Assembly (NCBI RefSeq): GCF_009914755.1
Contig: NC_060935.1
Origin: the human T2T-CHM13v2.0 reference genome, Homo sapiens
Direction: 5' to 3' (one strand)
Length of the DNA stretch: 64,000 nt
Shown: piece after piece, positions 47,830 to 59,830 of the stretch
How the letters are laid out: each line of letters begins with the position of its first letter
Numbering within the stretch: the stretch's first letter is position 1
Made by a program: the position numbers and the translations under genes
The notes under the pieces: generated by a model
Told to the model about the DNA's origin: nothing
Database searches by the model: none
The model's input: only the letters and a program-made list of their open reading frames with translations

Positions 47830-48235
47830 AACTTAAAAGTTATATTTAGGATAGTTTTATTACTAGTAGTAATGTTATAACAATATAATAAAAGCACACA
47901 AAATTGGATATACAAAATAAATAAGCTATATAAAAAACTTGAGTTTTTATGAATAGTTTTAAAAAGGTTGATGATGATTATTTCTTCATTTTTTATGATT
48001 TTTAATACTTAATTTTTTCTCCTATAAGCATGACTTAATTTATGACAAAATTAGAAAACAAGCACAATTTTATAATAAAAATTTATTAAGCATTAATTTA
48101 GCAAAAATATGAGATTGATTTTAGCCTGGTATTTGAAAAGGTGGACAGCTGAGCAGTTTGGTATAAAAATATTCTTAATCAAAAATTGACCTTTTCTAAT
48201 AGCAGATTCATAGACACCATAATGCCTTCATTTTC
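47830..48235 (-). other. CASP12: CASP12 non-coding terminal exon (3' UTR) with two candidate poly(A) signals
   Basis: Strong acceptor TTCTTTTCTTCTACTTTCTCTAG|G. Minus-strand AATAAA at 48082-48087 and 47856-47861. Confidence 0.75.
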
Positions 48236-48846
48236 CTAGAGAAAGTAGAAGAAAAGAACATGAGTAATCTGGCTATTATCGGTAAGATGTAAATATAACT
48301 AATGTCTACTGTGAGAAATACTTTTACAAAAGGGCTACGGATCTGTCATCCCCAAATGGGAAGACCTGTACTAGGGTCTCATTGCCTCAGCATAGATTTA
48401 GCAGCTAGTGGGACATATGGTACAGGAAAGCCTCATCACAAAGAGAGGAGAACATGACTCACAAAAACTGACTTTTGGGTGAAGAGAGACAAACATTGGC
48501 TATACATCACATTTCCAATGACTTTACTTTCTGCATACATCAGAATCCAATATTCCCCATTCTCTGAGTAGTTCCTTGAGGGAAATTAGACATAAAGGAT
48601 TTTCTAGCTGACCACTATTGGGCTACCATTAGTTATACAACCATTGTACTATGACTGATGTCATATAAAACCAGGGTTTCGCTGGGGGTCACTAAGAAAA
48701 GGCAAATAACACGAGCCTCTATAACTAGTGGGCAGCTGACATGCCATCATTATTCTCCATTCTATCCAGACTTTCTGAATAGACTAAGCAGGGAGCACCC
48801 AAATCCACTTCTAGAATATATTTACCTGAGTTGCTTCTTATGAGTT

Positions 48847-48945
48847 TTAATTCCCAGGAAAGAGATAGAAATATCGTGTCATGGATAGTCTTTCAATGGT
48901 GGGCAGCTGGGTCAGTATATTTGGGGTCTCAAATGAATGTTGAAC
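48847..48945 (-). CDS. CASP12: CASP12 last coding exon ([32 protein letters not shown]); the exon continues as UTR to a donor at 48826
   Basis: Acceptor TTTTAG|GTT, TAA at 48847-48849, donor CAG|GTAAAT after 48826. Confidence 0.95.
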   Translation of the reverse strand, partial: VQHSFETPNILTQLPTIERLSMTRYFYLFPGN

Positions 48946-49329
48946 CTAAAATGGTAAAGAAAGCCTTTAGAGATGTTCTAAAAGGAAAACCTGACTCAGG
49001 AGTGAGAAAAGTCATGGTGTGTATTAAGGTTGTAGCTAAGTAATGTAAACAGAAGATATTTTTAGCTTTTCCTTAGGTATAGCACATTCACAAATGAATT
49101 GTTACTCTAAAAAGAATTCCCTGGGTGAACAAAGCTATCAGAGTCAGGTTATTGGGAAAACCCACAATGGTTCTATGTAGCATTTTGGAAGACCCCATCT
49201 TTGAATAAACTTGGAGTACAGGAAGGATTGTCAAGATGAATTAAGAGCTTTGGGATTTCTTATAAAAATTCACAAATGGTTCTCCAAAGTTTTCTGGGGC
49301 ATAACATTGAAAATAAAAGAAGACCCTAC

Positions 49330-49439
49330 CTTTTGAAAAATTTCCTCTAGATGATGACTCCAAGAATACTCTCTGAAGTAGTAGATAATTTGGGAAATGA
49401 AGACAGAGCCATTTGTTTCATGTCTCCAAGAAACATTAT
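49330..49439 (-). CDS. CASP12: CASP12 small subunit exon (HNVSWRHETNGSVFISQIIYYFREYSWSHHLEEIFQK)
   Basis: Acceptor TTTGTAG|AT, donor AAG|GTAGGG, 110 nt. Contains the conserved SWR motif. Confidence 0.95.
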
Positions 49440-49959
49440 CTACAAATAAAAGGCATCAAAATATTGGAGGATGTGATCTTTTATACATGTGGAAGACTCC
49501 TGGAGACATAACTTTGGGAAAAAAAATCTGATTTTGTTTCTTTGGAGAAGAGAGGGAAACCAATGCTAAATAAAGATGGACCTCCAACTTCCATACCAGG
49601 CCCAGAAAAAGCCATCATGGACCTTCCTCACTCATAAATCACCTTGATTTTCTAGTAGGCTAGACCGAAGTGATATCCTCTGGGTTTGCAAGTAGTGGAA
49701 AAGAGTGTAAGTCCTTTCAGCACTAACTACATAACAGAAAAATAATACAGCCTTGACATTCCTTGATTCTGGGAATGTCATCCTGAGTTGTTTCATACTA
49801 TATTTTTTTTGCACTTTTTGTTATGTTGTATAAAAATATTTTCAAGGACTGCTTCTGTTTACCATTTCAAGATGACCAAGTTGCTCCTATAATTTAGAAA
49901 AAAAGGCAATACTTCTCTAACTACTACTTTATTTGCCGCCAGCTGCTGATTTCTTCTTA

Positions 49960-51215
49960 CTTTTTAAAGTCAAAATTCCAATTCGGTCTATATTCACCAT
50001 TCCATTTCCCTTATCCTGCTCACTCCTATCAGGCTTCTCCTTCCTATACCTAACATCAGCTTTGCCAAATGGCTTTCCCCAAGGTAACCATTACCTCCAA
50101 GTTACTAAATCGAATAGTCATTCATCAAGCCTCACCTTCACCTGATCTTTCATTCACATTAAAGTCTGACAACGCATACTCCTTGTGTACTTTCTTATTC
50201 TCTGATTCTACTTTGTGAGTCAAATTTGCTGGTTCCTATTTCTCTAATATTGAACTCTAGGGTAATTTTAACCTCCATTTCAAGGCCTCTTCTCATGCGA
50301 TTCTCAATTCTTAGATGATTTCATCCATTTTTAAGATATTAAATATTATCCTTAGGGCAGCATCTCTCAAAATTTTATCCCGAATGCAAATCTCTCCTCT
50401 GAAATATACAACTGTGCCACTCTCTACTCTTCATTTCATCTTAAAATATGCCAAAGCACTTCAAAACTTACTGCAAAACTCACGTTTTAATTGATGCCCC
50501 ACCATTTACTTGCATGCTGGAGTCACTTCTATCACACCTTCTTGTTCACCTGACATATATTCACCAAACCACTGGGTGGTTAGTCATATTATTTTTGAAT
50601 ACTAATTGTTTCTTAGATACAACTTATTACATCCCAAGACTATCAGTATCATCTATGGCTTGCAATATTGTGCTAGCATTTAACCTGTCCTCATATATCG
50701 ACTCTTGCTGTACTATAATTTATTCCACACTGAACCTCCAGAATGGTCTTCAAAAACAAAAATCTTATCATTTAATTGCTTACAGCCTACTAGAATTTCC
50801 TGTTACTATTAGTATGAAGGACCATGTAAGGCCTCAGGTGTTTCAGTGCCTGCCTCACTCTCCAGCCTCTCCACTAGCATCTCTCCTGATGCTGTGTTCC
50901 AGCCACTCAGCCTCCTCTCCTAAGCTCCTTTTTTGTCTGTAAGTTCTCCATACGCACTGCCTTTCCTGACTAAAAAGTTCTGCTCTTACCCTTCATTTGT
51001 TAACTCCTTCATTTCTCAAATGTGAACACATATTTTTTAAGGCTTTTACCAGAGTTGACAATTATTATTTATTCTTCTTATATTGTAACTGTGTTTTTCC
51101 CACAGTTAGTGCCTGCCTTTCTGACTGCAAACTCCATGAAGTTCAGTAACCATACCTGCTTTAATTGTGCATCCTATGTCCTGCACCAAGCCCAGGCCTA
51201 GCACACAATTACATG
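49960..51215 (+). mobile_element. L2 fragments in a CASP12 intron
   Basis: Pyrimidine-rich L2 3' motifs ending gactgcaaactccatgaa...cccaggcctagcacac. Confidence 0.6.
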
Positions 51216-51216
51216 T

Positions 51217-51419
51217 AAAAGAAAGAAGGAAAGAAGGAAGGAAGGGAGTAAGGAAGGGAGGAAGGAAAAGAGAGAAAGAGAGAGAGAGAGAGAAAGAAAG
51301 AGGGAAAGAGAAAGAAAAGAAAGAAAGAAAGAGAGAGAGAGGGAGGGAGGGAGGGATCGAAAGAGGGAGGGAGGGAGGAAGAAAGGAAGGAAGGAAGGAA
51401 GAAAGGAAGGAGAAAGAAA
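51217..51419. repeat. Polypurine (GGAA/GA/GGGA)n tract
   Basis: About 200 nt almost purely purine on the + strand. Confidence 0.95.
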
Positions 51420-51634
51420 CAATTTTGCATATTATATTGTATTTCCCAAACTAAATTAAGTATACTTTCAAAATTTGTACCAGGCCTTATATACCTCTTT
51501 AACTTCCTTCAACAGCTGTAAGTGTAGAACTTATTATTCAAATAAAACTTATTAAAACTCGAATACATTACATGAATAGAAGGGAAGCTACTCTAGTTAT
51601 TTATTCCCCAGGCTGGACTCAGAGTGTCCTCTAG

Positions 51635-51815
51635 TCCCTCAGTGCTCACATGCAGCCACAAACAACAGCCCTAATCACAACAAAGCTTTTAAGAAAGGCA
51701 GAAAGTCAGGCCCCACCCCAGACCTACTGAATAAGAAATCTACTGAATAAGCAAACTACTGAATAAGAAATCAAGTGATTTCTATGTTGATTAAAATTTG
51801 AAATCCCTAAATTGA
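51635..51815. mobile_element. MER5A-like remnant with a 16-bp unit repeated three times
   Basis: aggccccaccccagacctactgaat; ctactgaataag occurs three times at 51724-51770. Confidence 0.6.
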
Positions 51816-52503
51816 GCATTTAGAACTGTGAACTGTGCAAAGGAGGTATTTAAAAATTGCTCCTGTTCTCCAAATCATTGATAGAATAATATTGTGGATG
51901 ATCGTTAAAGAGATTTCCTGCAATTCTGACCATGAGCGGTCAAGAATATTCTCTATTTTTCCATTGTATTATGACTTTCCTGCCAAAGGACTGATTTTTT
52001 ATTCAGTGACTTCACTATCCTAAATTAGTTAACATTTAGGCATTTAAATGTTAACTAGTTTCCTGAAACTAGATTAATAATAATAGGTCAACAGTTACTG
52101 GGATGTGTGGAGCAAGTATAATGGTTTTAGTGGTTGGCTTCTTTAATTGCTGGGAAGTGGCTGTGGAGCTACACTGTGAGAAAATGATACCTTTCTGTGC
52201 CATTGCTACCTTCTAAAAACAAAATCAAATAATGCCTCACTTTTTGTAGTTAGATTATTCCAAGTCTTGATGCTCACCAAAGTCCTTCCAAAGTCCTGTT
52301 AACTTTGAACGTTTCTTCCCAAATCAAGATTTATAGCTTTCTAATTATGAAAGTCTCAGCATTTTAAATCTTTTCTCCACCTAAAATATCCTGGTAATTA
52401 GAGAAGAAATGCTCTGTTCGGTGATAAGATATGATCATAGCCAAGCCTACTATCTAGAAACCTACTAAGAAATTTAGAAATTATTCTCTCTGAAATCACT
52501 TAC

Positions 52504-52653
52504 GTGGTGTGGAAGATTTGAAAGCAATGAAGTCCTTTTCCACATGAGCCTTTGTAACAGCATCATTACAGATGTTACCTTGCAAGAGCCGACCATGAGT
52601 ATCTGCACTGGCTTTTCCACTGTCAGTGGTGAACCAAACAATCCCAGCACCAT
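52504..52653 (-). CDS. CASP12: CASP12 exon, interdomain linker and small subunit start (NGAGIVWFTTD...KDFIAFKSSTP)
   Basis: Acceptor CTCCCAG|AT, donor CAC|GTAAGT, 150 nt, open frame. Confidence 0.95.
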
Positions 52654-52697
52654 CTGGGAGAGACATTATGTCTCATTAAAGAAGAGATATTTATAAA

Positions 52698-52922
52698 TAC
52701 ACACACATACACATACACACACACATACACATATGCACACACATACTCATATGCACAAACATCCACATATGCACACACATACACATACACACGCACATAC
52801 ACATATGCATAGACATACACACAAATGCACACAATTTACACACATACACATACATATGCACACACATACACACATATGCATACACACATACACACATACG
52901 CATATACATATGCATACACACA
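52698..52922. repeat. Compound (CA)n/(CATA)n microsatellite
   Basis: Read directly from the sequence; about 225 nt. Confidence 0.97.
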
Positions 52923-53296
52923 GACTCTCTCTTTTACACTGATATCTTTACTTAAGTATATTTTATCATGGCATTACTTAAAAATGCAAGTACCTTACTA
53001 CTAGAAATACCGCCTCACTTACTGGGAACAAAACAGACCCCACTTGAGTTTAGAACAACCATGTTGACAACATAGTCCCAGATGATTGGGATGTTTCCAA
53101 TCATTGTACTTATAGTTTCTTTAAAAAATGGTAGGGACTTAATACAATTTCGAAGTGCACTGGACCTAGTAGTACTGAAATGTTGTTTCTCTTGCCCATC
53201 CCTAAGAAAATGAACACCAGGCTAATTTTTAAAAGTGCACAGCCACTCCCTGGGGTCTCAAAATCAAGATTTACAGCTTTCTAATTGGGGACTCAC

Positions 53297-53531
53297 TGCC
53301 TCGGCAGGCTTGCATGATGATGACCTTGGGTTTGTCTTTCAGACTCTGGCAGTTACGGTTGTTGAAAATTTCAAAGATGGTGTCATCGTGAAGAACATCT
53401 GGCTCTTGATCCCAGTGCTTGGTCCCACAGATTCCATTCAGGATGCTATGTGACATAAACACCAGGAATGTGCTGTCTGAGGACTGGTGCTCTGGGTGAG
53501 CAGCAAACTGCCTTAGTGCTGTTTCCATTTC
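53297..53531 (-). CDS. CASP12: CASP12 catalytic exon (SHS box and QACRG)
   Basis: Acceptor TTTCAG|GAA, donor GCA|GTGAGT, 235 nt. QACRG at 53298-53312 and S-H-S at 53445-53453. Confidence 0.97.
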
Positions 53532-54236
53532 CTGAAAGAGACCCTTGAGTCACTATCGAGGAAGTCTCCATGTGTATGTAGTTTGTAATCAAATAATGGG
53601 TAGGGTTCACAAAAAGGAGCCAGCACTAAGGAATCAGATGGTTTAGACTGAATAGGATTATAAGATAAACAGTGTTCTGACATAAAACTAGAAAATTTAG
53701 CTGTATAGAATATTAAAGTTAGTAGGGTTTTTATGTAGTATCTTGCCCAGTGGTTTTTAGTAAAACCTTAGGTTTCTGAAGATGCTGGGAGATGGAATAA
53801 AATGAAGGCCAAGTGAGATGACAATACACCAATAGGACCATTTTGCTATAATCTGTTTAATGATGGAACTCTTGTAAGTTTTTATTTAAAAGATAAAACT
53901 GACAAATATTAAAAATATGAAATTCATTCACTATGGAGCAGCAGAAAGTTAGTTTAAAATGGTCTCTCTAAAGTTTTGCAAAATAGAGCTAGAAACACAA
54001 CTGTTTCATTACATATTTGTGTGTGTGTGATTTGTTCCCCCTATACCTGCCTTTACATTAAGACACTTGCTCATGCCATTGTAAAAATCTCACAAGATAA
54101 TTCTGTAGGTATCAGACATTTCAGGGTGCAGAGCTTTTGTCTTATGCAGACCATCAAGTAGTAGCTGTCTCCCAGATTGTGAACATCGAAAGACCCAATA
54201 TTTTTACTAAAACTCTGCTACGTAGAATTTCTGTAA

Positions 54237-54238
<2 letters not shown>

Positions 54239-54269
<31 letters not shown>
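54239..54269. repeat. (CA)n microsatellite
   Basis: Read directly from the sequence. Confidence 0.95.
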
Positions 54270-54272
<3 letters not shown>

Positions 54273-54465
54273 GCATACTCATATGCTATAAGAATGTGCA
54301 TTAGAGAAGGCTAAAATCCAGGGGATCCTATTCTGGAGAAAATATAATTCCTATAATATCATACATCTTGCTCTTTCAGCTGCCAATTAAGAGGTAAGAG
54401 GTTGAAAAGTGTCTAAAGGTGGAGGTGGAGGGGAAGCAGCTTGTTCTTCTCTCTGGAGCCATTAC

Positions 54466-54638
54466 CTGAGCTGTGAGATTCTCTTTTATAACCACTGAGT
54501 ATCCAAGGTTTTCAAGTAGATCTCACATCCCCAAAAGGTCAAGTTCAGAACCATTTCGATTATGAAGATAGTTGAATTCTTTGTTGCGGATGTTGAGGCC
54601 AGGCATGTTCGCCTCTCTTTCTCCATCACTGGATATAT
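54466..54638 (-). CDS. CASP12: CASP12 exon, start of large subunit; contains the frameshift site (~54597) and the TGA at codon 125
   Basis: Acceptor TTGCAG|AT, donor CAG|GTAATG, 173 nt. Reads DISSDGEREANMPGLNIRNKEFNYLHNRNGSELDLLGM*DLLENLGYSVVIKENLTAQ. Confidence 0.96.
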
Positions 54639-55031
54639 CTGCAATTAATACACACAGAATGACTTTCCCCAGGACTTTTCTCTTTTGCCTGCAAAGTTCA
54701 TACACAACAGGCCAATATAAATATAGAGTAAGTGACACAAAGTTTCTGCATGAAAATACACCCTCGTGAGGAAAGAGGCAGAAAACCAGACTGAAAGCAT
54801 GTATGTGGTGTAAGTGTTCACTGTATGAAGTTGGCTTAAGTTAGGTGGTGGAGAGTTTAGACTGTGTCCCAAAATAAGATGGAAGAAACAGAAAATGTAA
54901 TGTGAAGACCAATTGGTTAGATAATTTCCTGATCTTAAGGCCTTTGTGACGAGAGCTAAACCATTCCAGTAAGTCCCCAGTGTCTTGTCTGAATGAGTAA
55001 TCTTGTGTCTCCGTATTTCAAAGCATATCAC

Positions 55032-55126
55032 CTCATCTGCCCTTTTTGTCTTTAGTTCATGGAAGTGAGCATGAGGACAAAGCTTTAACTTGCCACTGGG
55101 TTGGGCACCCTGGATTTCCAGAAGAG
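55032..55126 (-). CDS. CASP12: CASP12 ancestral linker exon, skipped in the 341-codon frame (ALLEIQGAQPSGKLKLCPHAHFHELKTKRADE)
   Basis: Acceptor TTTCTCTCTTTCAG|CT, donor GAG|GTGATA, 95 nt, phase 1 to 0. The LKLCP...ADE motif matches the exon preceding IYP in caspase-1/4/5/12. Confidence 0.85.
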
Positions 55127-55999
55127 CTGAAAGAGAGAAAAAAATTCTGTGGCATAGTAAGCAGTAATGTCTGCTGCCTTGCAACACTGCAGATCCTTTT
55201 GCTAGGCTCTCATTCCTCAAAACTGCTTACTGCCAGTCCATGAAAAAGTTTCATAAAATGAGAAAATTGCTTCATATTTAAAATGCCTAAAGCAAAAATA
55301 TTGAGTACATCCCTATTTTCCTTCTGCTTCTTACTGACCTGGTTATCAATTTGTGTGTTTTTGTTAGTGCTCACGGCATGAACTTATCTTTCAGACCCAA
55401 CACATTAGCATCGTATAAACACAGAAACTAAGATTCAGAAGGAAGTGTAATGTTTATCTAGCCTAGTGGAATCACTACTCAGCTATTTCATGTCACTTGA
55501 AATATCCCTTCTTTATTATTACCATTCTCTGAGACATCTCCCCTTTCATGGAACTCAAAACATTCCAAGGCATTCTTGAACAGTTATGTGTATTACAATC
55601 TGTGTACCTTCTAGGTATTGATAGGTATTTCCCACCTCAGAATCATACAGAAAACATTTAATTCATTTCCCTGTAAAAGCCCATGAATTCTTCCATGACC
55701 AACATGTCTTTCCCTATTTTTTCATTCTTACATGAAAATACCTTCAACATAAACAACTATTGCATTGTACTTTAATTGTGTTTACTGTACTATAACCTTA
55801 ATTAGGATAGAAAAGGTGGTCTTCTATCTTTGTATTTCCAGTTTATTAGAATAGTATCTACCAAGATTGCTAGTTTATAAATTCTGTTAGTGAATAGTTA
55901 TCCTCAAATACTTGAAAATAGCTACAAGGTATCCCCTGGTTCTTTGTTCCCTTAGGGCAACAAACCTTCTATTTCTTTTCATAGTTTTGGGTAAGAAAT

Positions 56000-57110
56000 A
56001 TTTCATCTTTTAACCACCAAATCCATTAATTTGCCTACATCTCTGCTCACCTCCTCTACTTTCTCTTTGGCTACATAAAACATGTGTCCTTCCTCCTATC
56101 TAAGATCACCGCCTCTACCTGAGCTCTCAAATCCATCCCCTCCCACCAACAAGGGTTTTTCTCAGGTATTTATTCAGCTTCAGGTTCTATGACATCATTC
56201 ATTCTCTTCCTCTTTTCCCACAGACTTATTCCTATTGACAGCAGCATGACTTAATATATATCATTTTTTTAAAAAAAACCTTCCTGTTTCCTTGCCAATT
56301 ATTGGCCCATTTCACTACTTTACTTCTCTACACAATGCCTGAAAATCATTTTGTTTTTTGCTATTTCCAATTTTTCTGTCTTATGATTTTTGTATGCAAT
56401 CCAATCCAGCTGTTATCCTCAATCCTTAAATAAAATATTGTTATCAAACTACCACTGATTATATGTTGATTTCTTAGCATTCACATGGCATTCTCTAGGC
56501 TTCTGTAATGCTGCATTTTCCAGCCATTCTTTCTAACTCTGTCTGTCTTAGTTGTTGGTTCTTCCTCTCCCACAATGCCTCCAAAAGTTGTGTTTTTCTA
56601 TGCCAGACACTCTGTTATTCTCTATCAATGCTCTTTCCCATGTGGCATCTTCCAGTCTCAATATCTTAAAAACTATCTACATACTGACGAATCTCCAGAT
56701 TTTTCCCAGTCCAGATTTCTCTGTGAGCCCATCCATTTGCCTATTCAACATCCACCACTGGAGGTACCACATGTTCCAAAGTAAGCATACAAAACAGGAC
56801 CCTGATATTGTGCATTCCTTCAAATCTGTGTCCCCTGCACACCTGTTTTCTCTGACTCAGTAAATGGCACCATACACCCCAGTTGCCAAGCCAAAAACCT
56901 AGTCATTATTAATTCTTTCCTTTCTTTCACATCCCATATCCAATCCATTAGTCAATTTGCATTGATTCTGCTGCCAAAACTAGGTCTCAAATTTAACAAC
57001 TTTTCATCAGCTCTATTGCCATAAACCCAGTCTAAAAGCTATTGTTTTTCTAACTGAAATATTTAAACTGCTTTCAACTGGCCTTTGTGATGCGACGCTT
57101 ATCCTATCAC
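56000..57110 (+). mobile_element. L2 fragment in CASP12 intron 2
   Basis: tcagtaaatggcaccatacaccccagttgccaagccaaaaacctag...tcacatcccatatccaatcc. Confidence 0.75.
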
Positions 57111-58124
57111 TCCTCGTTTAACAGCTTCTAAGGTAGTGTAAATGAAGGCAGGATGCATCATTTATCATTTTTCTGCTGTAGACATTAGGACATGCCCTTG
57201 CAGTTACAACCTACTTGGCTCAATTAGCATGTAATGATTTCAAAATTGGCAGTGAAATTAAAGGGAGAATTGAGAGTACGGAGGGAAGAAAGTAAAAGGA
57301 AAGAAGGAGAAAAAGAACAGAGGAAAAAAAGAGAGAAGGAAAAAACAGAAACAAGAAAAAGAATGTCAATGGGAAAGAAAATAAAACAGATGATAAGAAA
57401 GAAAAAAGGAAAGAGATGGAGAAAGAAAATGGGAGATTAAAAGCTCCTTTATTTTTTAAAAAACTCTCAGTTGGAAACACCTTATTTACATTTTGGTAAA
57501 AGGGAGTACCAAGTTCTTACTCAGGGCAATTTATCATATGTCATATTATTTCTGCTTTTTAATGTCAACTTATTTTATGTAAACTAAGATAAAACTTAGC
57601 TTCCATAAAAACATTCTTTAATACTCACACAAGTTTAAGCACTTGTTTTAGAAATAGATGTTAACTGTAATAGATGGCCAGGAAGAACAGAGGCTATGCA
57701 ACACTCCTGGAATTTGTAAGGATCCTCGACTGCTAATAAACAGTTGTCTAAAAAAGATTCCAAAAAAAGAAAAAAAAAAGCAAAAACAAAACCCTGCAAC
57801 GTTTTATATTGCAAATAAAATCCCGGCCTGTCTCTTTAATAGCTCCATTTATACTCCCTCTAATTTCCTACTCTCCAGTCAGATTGGCTGTGACCCTCTT
57901 ACACAGCAAGAGCATTACTGTCTCAGGGTCCTTGCTCTTGTTTCCCCTTTCTAGAGAACACTTTTGTTTCAGAGTTTGGCACAACTCCTTCCCCACAGTT
58001 CAAGTATGTACTGAAATGCCACCTCTGGGGAGAAGTTATGGCTAAACATCCTGGCTCACTGGCCTTTTCTTGATGCATATCCAAGAATTGGGAATATACT
58101 CATTTATATATTACAGTCTGGAGT

Positions 58125-58345
58125 AGGAATCAGCAAACCATGGCCTATGGGTCAGATTCAGCCCAACACCCAGTTTTATAAATAATGTTATACTGGGACA
58201 CACATCAACACACCCATCATGCACTTATGGTCTATTGCTGTTTGTGAGCTACAATAGATGATTTGAGTCATGACAGGGGCCACATGGTCCAGAAAGATTA
58301 AAATATTCATTATCTTTCAAAGAAAAAGTGTAGCAACCCATGTTC
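58125..58345. mobile_element. MER58A-like hAT MITE
   Basis: aggaatcagcaaaccatggcctatgggtcagattcagccc...aagtgtagcaacccatg. Confidence 0.7.
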
Positions 58346-58848
58346 CAGAGAGAAGGAAACATCTATACCCCAGTGACCCATGAATTCCCTATTCCTTCCT
58401 TAAATAGAAATCTAGATTTCCAGACATTTCTTTCTGGGGCAAAGCCACAGCTAAGCAAAAGATAATGGATATCCCCTATTGTACATTCTGTATCTGGGAA
58501 TGACTCTAACGTCCACTTTGTGCAACCAGAGTAGCCCAGAATAGCTAAAGGCTATCACTGAATTTAATGTATCCAACACCATTCGTTTATTTAACAGATA
58601 TTTACTGAGCACCTATTATGTTTCAGGTATCATTTCCATGTGTTTGGGATATATTCATGAACAAAGCAGACAAAGACCCCCCACATGGTGGAGTCTACAT
58701 TTCAGCAGAGGGAGACATAATAATACAATGAATAAGTAAATTGTATGGAGTGATAGGGTGAGTATTGTTAAAGAAAAAAGTATACAGCAGTGTAAAAGTA
58801 ATTGGGGATGATCAAGGTATTTTGTGACATTAAATAAGATAGACAGGA

Positions 58849-59197
<349 letters not shown>

Positions 59198-59336
59198 GAT
59201 TGGTGAAGAAGGTCCTAAGATGGGCATAGTTTATTCTCCACTTGGAGAAAGGAAAAATAAAGAAGACAAAAACTGAATAAGAAGAGTAGAGAAAGAATAA
59301 GAATGAATTACTAGCTGTTAGCCCCACAATACTCAC

Positions 59337-59588
59337 CTGAACTCAGCTGTTTTTTGGAATTCCACAGGTGTTCCCTAAATATTTTGCCTGCAATTTGAGC
59401 TGTCTCAGTGATATCATCAACCAGGTTTTCAGCATTGCTCACCACAAACTTTAGACATTTTCCTATAAGGTGTATCTCATCTGTATTTAACACATTATTT
59501 TCCATCAAATCATCAAAAATGCCATCTAGAAAGGTCTTGATCAGCAACTTCACCATGTGGACCAGAACACCGTTGGATGGTTTCTCAT
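59337..59588 (-). CDS. CASP12: CASP12 exon 2, CARD domain (DEKPSNGVLVHMVKLL...NSKKQLSS)
   Basis: Acceptor TTTTCACAG|AT, donor CAG|GTGAGT, 252 nt. Overlaps ORF 59311..59556. Confidence 0.97.
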
Positions 59589-59643
59589 CTGTGAAAATGA
59601 TAGAATCTTAGATATGGACAGAACTTTAGATCCCCATTCTAGG

Positions 59644-59830
59644 GTAGTGGTTCCCAAATTTTAACGTGCATAAGAATCACCTAGAAAGCTTAGTAAGCAG
59701 AGCTTCCTGCATCCTAGTCCAAATAATTTTTATTTGATAGGTGAGAATGGGCCCATGAATTTTCATTTATAACAATTTCTCAGGTGATGCCAAAGCCTCT
59801 GGTGCAAGGACCACACGTGGAGAAGCTCCT
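59644..59830. mobile_element. MER5A, followed by a MIR fragment (~59840-59950)
   Basis: tagtggttcccaaattttaacgtgcataagaatcacctag...caggtgatgcc...ggaccacacgtggagaagc. Confidence 0.8.

Noticed and set aside
48236-49329. Estrogen response element in the last CASP12 introns, and AP-1 heptamers at 48455-48461 and 48992-48998
   Set aside because: Only GGTCA half-sites were seen by eye, with no full palindrome. Isolated 7-mers are expected by chance in 64 kb.
51167-52942. ORFs rich in E/R/K, S/L/F or H/T/C/V (51167-51454, 52623-52942; similarly 29712-29929 and 57220-57480)
   Set aside because: They are translations of microsatellite or low-complexity tracts.
54645-55220. 191-aa minus-strand ORF as an independent gene
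   Set aside because: Only 55032-55126 is caspase-like; the rest is intron read-through.
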